Position numbers and translations under genes: made by a program
DNA from: a virus
Taxonomy: Duplodnaviria; Heunggongvirae; Uroviricota; Caudoviricetes
Strand: one strand, 5' to 3'
Length of the DNA: 64,000 nucleotides
IMG/VR virus record: IMGVR_UViG_3300001798_000005
Notes under the pieces: model-generated
Database searches by the model: none
Told to the model about the DNA's origin: nothing
Seen by the model: the letters and a program-made list of their open reading frames with translations, nothing else
Shown here: piece by piece, positions 56,178 through 64,000 of the stretch
How the letters are laid out: each line of letters begins with the position of its first letter
Position numbering within the stretch: position 1 is the stretch's first letter

Positions 56178-56884
56178 TCGCCATCCCCGACATTCATGGC
56201 CGCTATGATCGCCTTCAGGCCATTCTGAAACTGTTAAAAGAGGCCGGAAAGGCCGATCCCAAAAATATGATCTTCCTCGGGGATTATGTAGACCGAGGCC
56301 CGGAGTCGGCCCAAGTGGTCTCGACCCTGCGGGAGTTTCAGCGCCAAGGGGCTATTGTCCTTAAGGGCAATCATGAGGGGCTGATGTGTGATGCGGTTTT
56401 AAAGGGCCACTTTGAAGCAACTTCCCTTTGGGAGATGAACGGCGGGGGTGAGACAAGGCGATCCTATCATGCGACCTATCAGGACCCCAGCGCAGCCCTG
56501 AGGTATGATGCCAAGTGGCTGCAGGATCTGCCGCTCTATCACGAGAACGAAACGGAGTTCTTCTCTCACGCGCCCCTGCCACCGCTGTTAGAAAAATCTT
56601 CTCAATTCCCAGATTGGCGCTTGGCGCTCCTGAATGAGCAGATTATGACCTGGAGCTACTTCCAGCCAGAGAATGCCGCCTTCAAGGTGCCGGGCAAGGA
56701 TGCCTATTGCGGCCACGTCCACGCCCTCCGGGCCAATATCTGGTTACCTCGCTTTTATGAACGCTATGCCTACCTGGATGCCGGGTGCGGTTGCCTCCCT
56801 GATGCTAAACTGGTGGCTTTCGATACTGAAGAAAAGAGACTTTATGTTGATGACCTGGAGAAACAATATGGAACCTTTGAGTAA
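56174..56884 (+). CDS. lambda-type Ser/Thr protein phosphatase (PPP family)
   Basis: DIHG, GDYVDRG, GNHE and LWEMNGGGETR parallel lambda PPase motifs. Confidence 0.65.
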   Translation: MIAIPDIHGRYDRLQAILKLLKEAGKADPKNMIFLGDYVDRGPESAQVVSTLREFQRQGAIVLKGNHEGLMCDAVLKGHFEATSLWEMNGGGETRRSYHATYQDPSAALRYDAKWLQDLPLYHENETEFFSHAPLPPLLEKSSQFPDWRLALLNEQIMTWSYFQPENAAFKVPGKDAYCGHVHALRANIWLPRFYERYAYLDAGCGCLPDAKLVAFDTEEKRLYVDDLEKQYGTFE

Positions 56885-57242
56885 AGACAAAGAACTAGCG
56901 GAAGACTGGCGGGAGCTGGCGGAGGCTTTTCTAAAATTGCAGGATGTGGCCCAGAGGATGGTACCATTAGTGGTCGATCATGCTGAGGACCTGAAAAAGC
57001 GCCTTGCCCACAAGAGCGCCTCTTGGTCTGCCCTGAAGCACAAGGGCAAGAATCAGCGGCACGAGCTGGATCGTCAGCAAAGGAGGCTCCAGAAGCAAAA
57101 GCGAAAAATCGAGGAATTGACCCTTGAGAACCAAGGATTGAAACAGCTCATCACCATTAGGGCGATGGACAGTATGGGCTATAAAGTTGCCGAGGCTTTT
57201 TCACCGGACTCTGGCAGGTCCCCTGAAGGCATTGACGATTGA
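56868..57242 (+). CDS. coiled-coil protein
   Basis: ORF with heptad-like basic region. Confidence 0.35.
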   Translation: MEPLSKDKELAEDWRELAEAFLKLQDVAQRMVPLVVDHAEDLKKRLAHKSASWSALKHKGKNQRHELDRQQRRLQKQKRKIEELTLENQGLKQLITIRAMDSMGYKVAEAFSPDSGRSPEGIDD

Positions 57243-57511
57243 AAGACGACATTGCAGCCGCCATGGAGATTGTCCTGAAGGGGGGCGGAAGTATCCCGAC
57301 ATTGCTCTTTATCCCCGGGCACGGATTCTTGGACGCTCAGGGGATCCGGGATCTCCTGATGGGGCTCAATGATTCTTCTTTAGATTTTCTCAAAAAACTC
57401 CAAACCTGTCACCCAGTAAGGGTTTTCAAAGGCAAGTCTCAGCCGATCCCCGGCGGCGGCTTCGGGGGAAGGTTAAAGCTCAACCGCCTCAGCGACAAAA
57501 AGGATCCCTGA
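57239..57511 (+). CDS. hypothetical protein
   Basis: ORF. Confidence 0.35.
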   Translation: MKDDIAAAMEIVLKGGGSIPTLLFIPGHGFLDAQGIRDLLMGLNDSSLDFLKKLQTCHPVRVFKGKSQPIPGGGFGGRLKLNRLSDKKDP

Positions 57512-57841
57512 CGTCAAGGCCCCAGAGGACTGGATGACCAACGCAGCAGCGGATTCGGTGGCGAGGATGAAGCTATCGACGTCCCCACAGGGGACCGAAA
57601 CCTGTAGGCCATCATTGGCGGCCAGCTCAGGGATGCAGAGCGTGGTGGAGCCGCTTTTGAACGTAATGTTCATCGCGGTGCCATCGCTGATCCAGGCTCC
57701 GACGAGAAAGATTTTAGCAACCCCGGTGGGGGTTCGGATGGTCAGATCTGCCCCGGTGGTGTCGATAACGACTTTATACCCGTAGACGGTGGCCTTGCCC
57801 CGGCGGGTAATGGTGCTGACGAGTGTTGCTGAATTGGCCAT
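57473..57841 (-). CDS. hypothetical beta-rich protein, divergent from promoter copy 2
   Basis: ORF only. Confidence 0.4.
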   Translation of the reverse strand: MANSATLVSTITRRGKATVYGYKVVIDTTGADLTIRTPTGVAKIFLVGAWISDGTAMNITFKSGSTTLCIPELAANDGLQVSVPCGDVDSFILATESAAALVIQSSGALTSGILFVAEAVEL

Positions 57842-57955
57842 AAGGATCTCCCTGTCTGTTTATTTGATCATAAGCCATGGATCTGCTATGATGACTCCAC
57901 CATAGCTAAACCTTTATCCTTATCTGGCCGCAAGAAATTGTGGCTTTTCTTTGTG

Positions 57956-58021
57956 AATCCTCATTTGACTGTCATTTGATTCTGGTATTATAATTGTATA
58001 CCAGAAAGGGAAAGAGGAACG
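57956..58021 (+). promoter_or_regulatory. Conserved early promoter/operator copy 2 (ATCCTCAT 57957, TTGACT 57965, TATAAT 57989, dyad, RBS)
   Basis: 57978..58021 identical to 484..527. Confidence 0.6.
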
Positions 58022-58025
58022 ACAG

Positions 58026-58250
58026 ATGAACAGCCCGAAAACGAAACCAGAACGCCTTCAAGAAGAACTTGAACTTTCCCTGGATGTCCTTGACTCACTC
58101 CAGGAGAAAATTGCCGCAATGCGGATCCTCTTGGAAACCGGCAAGGCTGATCAGTATGCTGGCCGAGAGCTTCGATTCGCTGAAGCGTCCCTGCCGGGGG
58201 CTGAGTATGATATCCGGCGGTTTCAAGAAGCGATTGCCCTTTCAGCTTAG
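58026..58250 (+). CDS. hypothetical protein (74 aa)
   Basis: ATG at conserved spacing after repeated RBS. Confidence 0.5.
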   Translation: MNSPKTKPERLQEELELSLDVLDSLQEKIAAMRILLETGKADQYAGRELRFAEASLPGAEYDIRRFQEAIALSA

Positions 58251-58886
58251 GCTGAAGGGCTCGCCGTTGCGGGTGATCGGGAGGGTGGGGTAAACTCTTC
58301 TAACTTTATAGAGCATCTCATCACACGCCTGCGGGCTGCCAGAACCAACAATGAGCTGGTGTGTGCCTATGTCAAAAATATCACCCGGTTGACAAAATCC
58401 AGTTTCAGGCGCCTGTGGGGGCGGGGCCATTGGAGCTTCCAACTCCTCAACGGATTCCCCCAAGTCCAGATCGGGGAAATTGATCTCATCCAGCAATTCT
58501 GAAAGATCTATATCCTCCACGAAGGCGTCAAAGCTCTCCTGGGTGATGGTGCCGTGCTCGCTTGATGCCTGGAGGACCAGGGCCTTCGCGCCTTCGATGG
58601 ACTCGGCCCATATCTCGACAACCGGGAGGTCTGGCACGGTATAACCTTCGGCCTCTAGTTCCGCCAAGGCCTTGCAGCGCCCAGCGCCGTCGATGATGAG
58701 GCGGTGATCGGCCCAGACGTAGAAAGGAAAGCAGAATCCACGGTTGACTATTGCGTTTTTGAGTTTTGAGATATCTCGGTCCTCAACGGCCTTGAGGGTA
58801 TTGGCCTCGAAGGTCTTCAGCTCCCCCCAGGAGAGGGTTGGAACGTTTTGGACCTGAATGGGGAAGGTCTTTTGTTTCTTGGCCAT
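58242..58886 (-). CDS. ParB/Srx-like N-terminal nuclease-domain protein
   Basis: NAIVNRGFCFPFYVWADHRLIIDGAGRCKAL; acidic C-terminal half. Confidence 0.4.
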   Translation of the reverse strand: MAKKQKTFPIQVQNVPTLSWGELKTFEANTLKAVEDRDISKLKNAIVNRGFCFPFYVWADHRLIIDGAGRCKALAELEAEGYTVPDLPVVEIWAESIEGAKALVLQASSEHGTITQESFDAFVEDIDLSELLDEINFPDLDLGESVEELEAPMAPPPQAPETGFCQPGDIFDIGTHQLIVGSGSPQACDEMLYKVRRVYPTLPITRNGEPFSLS

Positions 58887-58894
58887 GTGTGTCT

Positions 58895-58917
58895 CCAATT
58901 AGGAAGTTCCTAATTGG
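58895..58917. promoter_or_regulatory. 23-nt palindrome CCAATTAGGAA-G-TTCCTAATTGG overlapping the RBS of the ParB-like gene (operator or parS-like site)
   Basis: Perfect 11-bp arms read directly. Confidence 0.45.
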
Positions 58918-58959
58918 ATTTTACTTGCCAGATGGGCGAAGTTATGTAACAATTGGAAT

Positions 58960-59109
58960 ATGAAACAATTCCTTTCCAACCGGCAAAAATCCCGCACCCC
59001 GAGAGGTGGCGGCTTTTGGTGCGTGAATTGTGATCGATGTATCGTTTCAGCGGGGCAGAGATGTCCTGTCTGTAGAGTCAGAAACGGAAAAAAGAGAGAT
59101 AAGCCTTGA
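58960..59109 (+). CDS. basic zinc-ribbon micro-protein (49 aa)
   Basis: CVNCDRC...CPVCRVRNGKK. Confidence 0.3.
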   Translation: MKQFLSNRQKSRTPRGGGFWCVNCDRCIVSAGQRCPVCRVRNGKKRDKP

Positions 59110-59462
59110 AGATAATCGTTTGTGGCGGCAGAAATTACACCGATAAGTCTTTTGTCTTTGAGTGCCTGGATGAGCTGAACGCGACAGGATTTATTGATCA
59201 GATCATTAATGGCGGAGCCAATGGCGCTGACGCCTGGGCCGAACTATGGGCAAAAGAACGGGGCAAGGATTGTGTCACTATCCCGGCCAATTGGCTAAAA
59301 TTTGGCAACCAAGCCGGGCCAATCAGAAACGCGCAAATGATCCAAATGAAGCCGGATCTCGTGGTGGCGTTCCCAGGGGGTAAGGGCACGGCCAACATGG
59401 CCCGGCAGGCAGTCTCGGCAGGTATAGAAGTCTGGAAAATGGAAAGGGATAAAAGTGACTGA
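59106..59462 (+). CDS. DUF2493/YspA-like SLOG-family protein
   Basis: IIVCGGRNYTD...INGGANGADAWAELWA...VVAFPGGKGTANMARQA pattern recalled from DUF2493; TTG start. Confidence 0.4.
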   Translation: MKIIVCGGRNYTDKSFVFECLDELNATGFIDQIINGGANGADAWAELWAKERGKDCVTIPANWLKFGNQAGPIRNAQMIQMKPDLVVAFPGGKGTANMARQAVSAGIEVWKMERDKSD

Positions 59463-59591
59463 ACCTTACAATTCCCATAAAGCTGGTAAAGATTTGGCCG
59501 CCAAGGTTAGGCCCTTATTCCGGGCGGGCCTTCTTGGCAGCCATGGAATCTTTCCCGGCTACAAGAATTATCTTTTGGTTCGATAACTGAT

Positions 59592-59655
59592 AATCCTCAT
59601 ACAATTCCATAAATCGTTTTAGTATAATAACCATATACCAGACAACAGAGGAACG
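59592..59655 (+). promoter_or_regulatory. Conserved early promoter/operator copy 4 (degenerate left arm)
   Basis: TAATCCTCAT 59591, TATAAT 59623, ATACCAGACAACAGAGGAACG. Confidence 0.45.
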
Positions 59656-59659
59656 CTCA

Positions 59660-59821
59660 ATGATTCTTTACGCCGGAACCCTGCACCAAACCCCCGCCAT
59701 CAGCTCTACTGATGCCCAACCGTGCCCGCACTGCGAAGGTTCCGGGGTCATCTGGGGCGGGGAAGATGACCTGACCTGCCTGGACTGTGATGGCTTGGGC
59801 CATCGGGTGGTGGAGCTGTGA
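59660..59821 (+). CDS. zinc-ribbon micro-protein (53 aa)
   Basis: CPHCEGSG...CLDCDGLG; stop overlaps next GTG. Confidence 0.35.
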   Translation: MILYAGTLHQTPAISSTDAQPCPHCEGSGVIWGGEDDLTCLDCDGLGHRVVEL

Positions 59822-60108
59822 AGGTCGTAATTTCTGAATGTCATGGGGGCTTTGGGTTGTCTGAGGCCGCCCAGATGTGGATCGCGGAAAAGGGATTGAA
59901 CCCTGATGCCCTCTTGGCCCAGTGGACCGCTGGGGAGCTGCGGGGGCTCCAGGTCCTAGTTGATTGCGTGGAAGCCCTTGGGGAGCGGGTCAACACCTCT
60001 TTCTCAAAGCTCTCCGTGATAGAGATCCCCGAGGGGGTGGATTTTGAGATACTGGATTACGACGGCTGGGAGTGGGTGGCGGAACGCCATCGGCGGTGGC
60101 CTGGATGA
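59818..60108 (+). CDS. hypothetical protein
   Basis: ORF; its 3-prime end is window positions 1..93 in the left copy. Confidence 0.45.
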   Translation: MKVVISECHGGFGLSEAAQMWIAEKGLNPDALLAQWTAGELRGLQVLVDCVEALGERVNTSFSKLSVIEIPEGVDFEILDYDGWEWVAERHRRWPG

Positions 60109-60184
60109 CTTGGTTTGAGGCTTTTCTCTGGACCCTTGCTGGGATCTGGATTGCAGAAAATTTAACAAAAAGAAAGGAAACAAA

Positions 60185-60466
60185 ATGCAAACAATGAGTT
60201 TTGAAATTCCCCTCGGGAGTGACGTTCAGGATGTCGTGACCGGCTTTAAGGGGCGGATTGATTCGGTTTGCCTGTGTCTAAATGGCTGCATCCGCTACAG
60301 TGTGACGCCGATGGTCAAAGATGGCGGCATCGGGGAGGGCTATTGGTTTGACTCCCAGAGGATCGAACTCCTCGGACCAGGCATTAACGCCACCAAGCCC
60401 CAAGAGCAAACGGGGACCGGTGGGCCGATGACACGGAGCCTAATGGAAAAATCAGCCCGGGGGTGA
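60185..60466 (+). CDS. duplicate of 170..451
   Basis: identical. Confidence 0.5.
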   Translation: MQTMSFEIPLGSDVQDVVTGFKGRIDSVCLCLNGCIRYSVTPMVKDGGIGEGYWFDSQRIELLGPGINATKPQEQTGTGGPMTRSLMEKSARG

Positions 60467-60546
60467 GAATATGATAATACTCATAGAACTCCCTTATGGA
60501 TTCTGGTATTATAATTGTATACCAGAAAGGGAAAGAGGAACGCCCA

Positions 60547-60852
60547 GTGAACGCCATCGAAACTGCCCAAGCCATCATCGCCAAAGCCCAAGCCACCCTG
60601 GCAGATCCCAGTGCTGAACGCGCCAAAGGCGAGGCTTATGTGGACGCCTTGGCGGCTTCGGGAAATCAAGTCAACCAAGCCCTGGCGGCTGGGCTTGACC
60701 GGCACCACAGCGCCAATATCATCGCCCAAACGGATTTTGAATTTGATCGCCGGGACGCCTTCGGGCCTAAAGGAACCGTTCAAGATAGCCGAGAAAACCG
60801 CATTGAAGCGGCTGACCTCTTGGACGCCTTCGAAGAGGAAATGGGCTGGTAA
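60547..60852 (+). CDS. duplicate of 532..837
   Basis: identical. Confidence 0.5.
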   Translation: MNAIETAQAIIAKAQATLADPSAERAKGEAYVDALAASGNQVNQALAAGLDRHHSANIIAQTDFEFDRRDAFGPKGTVQDSRENRIEAADLLDAFEEEMGW

Positions 60853-60952
60853 AAAAATAAATATACCGATCGGTAGATTAATTTCTACCATAATAGAAGT
60901 ATAAACTATGCCATAAGTATATACTATTGAGTTAATATGTAAAGGGGAAGTC

Positions 60953-61327
60953 ATGCCAAAAAACAACCCAGAGCCCAGGACGGCGCACATCTTCTCAATT
61001 CCGGATCGTGAATTTCAAGCCCTCAAGAGCTTGGCCGCCCAGGCGGGGGTTTCGATTGCTCAATACTGTGAGGACCTAATCATGCTCAATCCCGATATTG
61101 AGATTGAGAGAAAAGAAAAGTGCAAAAACAGAAATATCAACATGTCGGCCACCACCTGGGCGCGGCTCAAAGAGCGGGGAGACCAACTTGGAGTTTCGGC
61201 TTGCTCGGTCCTGAGGGGGTTAATCGGCCCAGCGGCCTTGGTGGATGTCAGATTCATGCAGAATGGTATTCATGTTGTGGCCTCCCCGATGGTCAAGAAG
61301 GTGGTCTATAACGCCCCAGGGGGGTAG
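60953..61327 (+). CDS. duplicate of RHH gene 938..1312
   Basis: identical. Confidence 0.45.
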   Translation: MPKNNPEPRTAHIFSIPDREFQALKSLAAQAGVSIAQYCEDLIMLNPDIEIERKEKCKNRNINMSATTWARLKERGDQLGVSACSVLRGLIGPAALVDVRFMQNGIHVVASPMVKKVVYNAPGG

Positions 61328-61614
61328 ATAAAGTCACCTGGAAGGCGAACCTAGACCCCTTAACTGGACCTCAGAAACCATTGCGCGGGCTCCCGCTCCC
61401 CCAAATGACACCAGGATACAAGCCAGACATTTGGATGATGGGGGAAGCTTATCCTTCTTTGGAATAATTTTATTTACACAATACCCCTTAGCGAGCGCCA
61501 ATAGGCGCTCTTTCCTTTTGTGATAATCCTCATAGAAATATTGATCAAAACTATGGTATAATATCCTCATACCAGAAAGAAAAGTTTATCAGTGCCCCTG
61601 AAAGGAGCCTACCG

Positions 61615-61818
61615 ATGCCTACCCCAACTCAACTCTGCCGCCTTAAAGGTCACTTAAAGGAACAATTCCTTCAGGCTCCAATCACGGTCATCACCGGAGA
61701 GGCAAGCGAGGCTTTCCCTCACCGGTGGGTGGCGGAACGTTATCCTGCTTCAATTTGCTTAACCTGGCAGGCCAAAGTAGATTATTGCCAAGAATGCTTT
61801 ATTGAGCTTCCCGCCTAA
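61615..61818 (+). CDS. duplicate of 1600..1803
   Basis: identical. Confidence 0.45.
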   Translation: MPTPTQLCRLKGHLKEQFLQAPITVITGEASEAFPHRWVAERYPASICLTWQAKVDYCQECFIELPA

Positions 61819-62486
61819 AGCGGCTCAGCCGCACCCCTGCGTGCCTCGCAACAAGCGGGGCACTTTAGGTTTTCACCCTTTCGGGCTGGCCACTCCTTGG
61901 CGGCTGAGTTGTAGTGTTCGTCCCAGTGGGTCGGGATCACACCTGAGGGGTTGGCTCTGGTCTTTTGACGATTGCCGCCCTGACCGTCCAGTTGGTCCTC
62001 GGCTGATGCCTCCATCTTGCGGGTCTGTTGGGTCTTGATGTGTCGAGTATTCCAGTGGTGACAAACCCGAGGGTTGCGACGGGTACGGCTCATCAATCCC
62101 ACCAGTGGTTGCCGAGTCGGGCCACCATTTGCCAGATCCGATCCCAGTGGTATTTTTCCAGTTTTTCAGAATTTTCATACTGGGCACGCGCCAGTAACGC
62201 TTCACCGAAGCGCTTTTCAATCTTCCAGCCGTCAGGATCTTTAATACAATCCAGCTCCACCACTCCTGTACACAGCCACGGTGAATTCTGGTATCGATCA
62301 ATATGGGTCCTCATTATGGCGATCTGTTCCGCCCTTTTGGCCCCATCGAGCCTGTAGCCGTCCTGGACCGAGGCCTCTAGACGTTTCAGCTTAAAAGACA
62401 TTATAGGCAAAATTGCCAAAAAGTCAAAGTCATTATCTCACCAGATAATCGGTAGCCAATCCCAGGTTCGGCTTCTCTAATTCTCT

Positions 62487-62900
62487 TCATCTCCTGACCC
62501 ACCCACGCGGTACAGGGCGGCCCTCTGATCTAAAGTAATAGGGTTGGACCCCCAATATTGAAATCATGTGCCTTAATGCCTCGCTGGGGGTATGGAAAAA
62601 TCTCTTTACGTTCTGGAAGACCAGAATATTCCGATCCCGATAGTGTTTTCTTGCTTTTGGATCCCGATAGCCTCTTTTGACCTGGAGGCGTTTTGTGCGG
62701 ATCTGATCGACGTCGAGGTATTCGATTTTGAAATCAAAGCCACTCCCGTCCTCAATAGAACCCATACGGGACCGCCGATAACGGATCAGATAGTCCCGAT
62801 CCTGAGCCCGTCCCAGGAGGGCCTCCACGAAGTGCTCAGCCGCCAGGCCGAGCTGGCTAATGGGATCGTCGTAATTATGTTTAGTTTTGGTTTTCTTCAA
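62487..62900 (-). CDS. duplicate of 2472..2885
   Basis: identical. Confidence 0.4.
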   Translation of the reverse strand: MKKTKTKHNYDDPISQLGLAAEHFVEALLGRAQDRDYLIRYRRSRMGSIEDGSGFDFKIEYLDVDQIRTKRLQVKRGYRDPKARKHYRDRNILVFQNVKRFFHTPSEALRHMISILGVQPYYFRSEGRPVPRGWVRR

Positions 62901-63196
62901 TGACCCATAACCTCGGGAAGCCGTCTATGAGGAGTTTCTGACCTTCAGAATCCCACCAGAGGGAGAAGGTAAAGAACTCTATTACTTCTGTAACTGTTTT
63001 TTGCATCATGTGGATATTTTATTATTTTTCTGAAATTTACGCAAGATGACCCAGCTACTGCCGGGCCATCTGCTCAATTTTTTCCTTATTGGCTTTGATC
63101 CATGCGTGTGCCTCGCGGGACATCCGGTGGCCGTAGATGACCTTCACCTCCTCTGGTGGCTTGGGTGGGCGGCCACGAGGGCGCTTGGGGGTTGAG

Positions 63197-63559
63197 TCAG
63201 GCATCGCGCTCAACCTCTATGCTAAGGCTCTCGCATAGGGCTAGTAGCTTTCTGGGCGGGGTATCCCCCTTCTTATTCCGCTCTGCTAGCGTGGCCAGTA
63301 CCAGTTTTTTAAAAGCCTCTTTGCAGAGCACAGTTGATCTCCTGTATGTCAGTATGCCTGTGGACGGGCAATAGTCAATGTCTCTGACTAGAGGATCAGC
63401 TTCTAGATGAGAGGTCTGTGGGGGCTGGTATCCGAAGCCAACCAACCATTCAGCGTGGGTTATTTTGACAGAATCAAAATGGTATGACTCTCCGACACGC
63501 ACAGCTTCATATATACAGCCAGCTCTGTGTTGGCCCCTCTTGATGGCCTTTTTGCTCAT
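63197..63559 (-). CDS. duplicate of 3182..3544
   Basis: identical. Confidence 0.45.
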   Translation of the reverse strand: MSKKAIKRGQHRAGCIYEAVRVGESYHFDSVKITHAEWLVGFGYQPPQTSHLEADPLVRDIDYCPSTGILTYRRSTVLCKEAFKKLVLATLAERNKKGDTPPRKLLALCESLSIEVERDA

Positions 63560-63690
63560 TGGGTTACGTCCTTTCTGGCGGGATTGCCCGCAGCTCTTGG
63601 GTATGTAAGTATTATCGTCGAGACGGGAAAGAAATGCAATAGTTTTTTGTCGTTACGTTTAATATTTCTTAAATTTTTGTTCTGTAAGAT

Positions 63691-63987
63691 CTATTTAGAC
63701 AGGGGGAAGAAATAGGAAGCACGTGCTCTTGTCTGGACTTGTATTTTTTGCTCATCGATTAATTGATTAATCAAGCTATTTCGTTGGCTCTTATTTAGCC
63801 ATTGAGTCTTTCTAGTTAGATCCATTTTGTAAATTCCACAATTATCTGAAATTATTTTATAAATTTTATCTTTCTCACTGTGCCGAGTTGGCTTAAACTC
63901 CCCCCTGGTGGTTATTATTTCAATTATTTTATCCAGCTTCTCCTCCAGGGTGGTTATTTTGCTTAAAATGAAGTCAACAGTATCCAT
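63691..63987 (-). CDS. duplicate of wHTH gene 3676..3972
   Basis: identical. Confidence 0.5.
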   Translation of the reverse strand: MDTVDFILSKITTLEEKLDKIIEIITTRGEFKPTRHSEKDKIYKIISDNCGIYKMDLTRKTQWLNKSQRNSLINQLIDEQKIQVQTRARASYFFPLSK

Positions 63988-64000
63988 ATATGGCAATCTC

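Larger units (their letters stand above)
60016..64000. repeat. Right copy of the same repeat; all features of 1..3985 recur here at +60,015
   Basis: Identical sequence and ORFs. Confidence 0.95.

Noticed and set aside
1-64000. CRISPR array, rRNA, integrase, CI/Cro repressor
   Set aside because: No spaced direct repeats, no rRNA-like conserved stretches, no R..HxxR..Y recombinase or large serine recombinase, and no lambda-type repressor recognised in any frame

Overview
This window reads as one complete tailed-phage genome (siphovirus-like, with a lambda-type tail and capsid module) traversed around its circle. Bases 1-3985 are identical to 60016-64000; ORF 170..451 equals 60185..60466, offset 60,015, so the genome unit is 60,015 bp. 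The window either wraps a circular or circularly permuted contig, or shows a direct terminal repeat of at least 3,985 bp. Genome layout by block: (1) A rightward early/accessory block (about 50.95 kb through the wrap to about 3.5 kb) of mostly small genes. It is headed by four copies of a conserved promoter/operator (ATCCTCAT box - TATAAT inside the dyad CTGGTAT-N9-ATACCAG - RBS). It includes a ClpX-zinc-finger-like micro-protein, a DUF551 protein, a mini C5-methyltransferase-like gene, two lambda-type phosphatases, a ParB-like/SLOG(DUF2493) divergent pair and several Zn-ribbon micro-proteins. (2) A replication cassette. The candidate origin (AT-only unwinding tract plus TGAAGCGTGAAG iterons, 4000-4306) lies directly 3-prime of a minus-strand primase-polymerase/helicase gene (4307-6502). 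A small gene (3676-3972) carries the same C-terminal wHTH motif as that protein. (3) A rightward recombination/replication block 6669-14844: Sak4-like ATPase, DUF669, Cas4-like PD-(D/E)XK nuclease, dNMP kinase, Pif1-like helicase, DnaQ-like exonuclease and an SF2 helicase. It ends in an in-frame IS1595 (ISXO2-like) transposase DDE fragment. (4) A long leftward block 15346-50961. This holds an AT-rich passenger cassette (unknown 257-aa protein; RHH plus MazG-like pair), an RNA ligase, an MT-A70 methylase, and an SPFH/band-7 lipoprotein flanked by two translationally coupled micro-membrane proteins. It continues with HNH, 5-prime(3-prime)-deoxyribonucleotidase, RusA, a DUF1353 protein, a holin-like gene plus an L,D-transpeptidase-fold lysin candidate, and a tail fiber. 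Then come lambda-order tail genes J-I-K-L-M-H(tape measure)-G/GT (with an AAATTTT -1 frameshift site)-V-U-Z-like. Two glycosyltransferase-like genes are inserted in the head-tail joining module. The block finishes with gp6-like connector, gpE-like capsid, gpD-like decoration, scaffold, a 2H-phosphoesterase fused to an XkdF-like prohead protease, a MuF-like protein, portal, TerL, an HTH-metallophosphoesterase, an Arg-rich Zn-ribbon protein and TerS. No integrase, CI-type repressor, rRNA or CRISPR array was found, and no convincing tRNA, only a tRNA 3-prime-end-like element. All functional calls are from motif recognition by eye on the provided translations; none were checked against databases.
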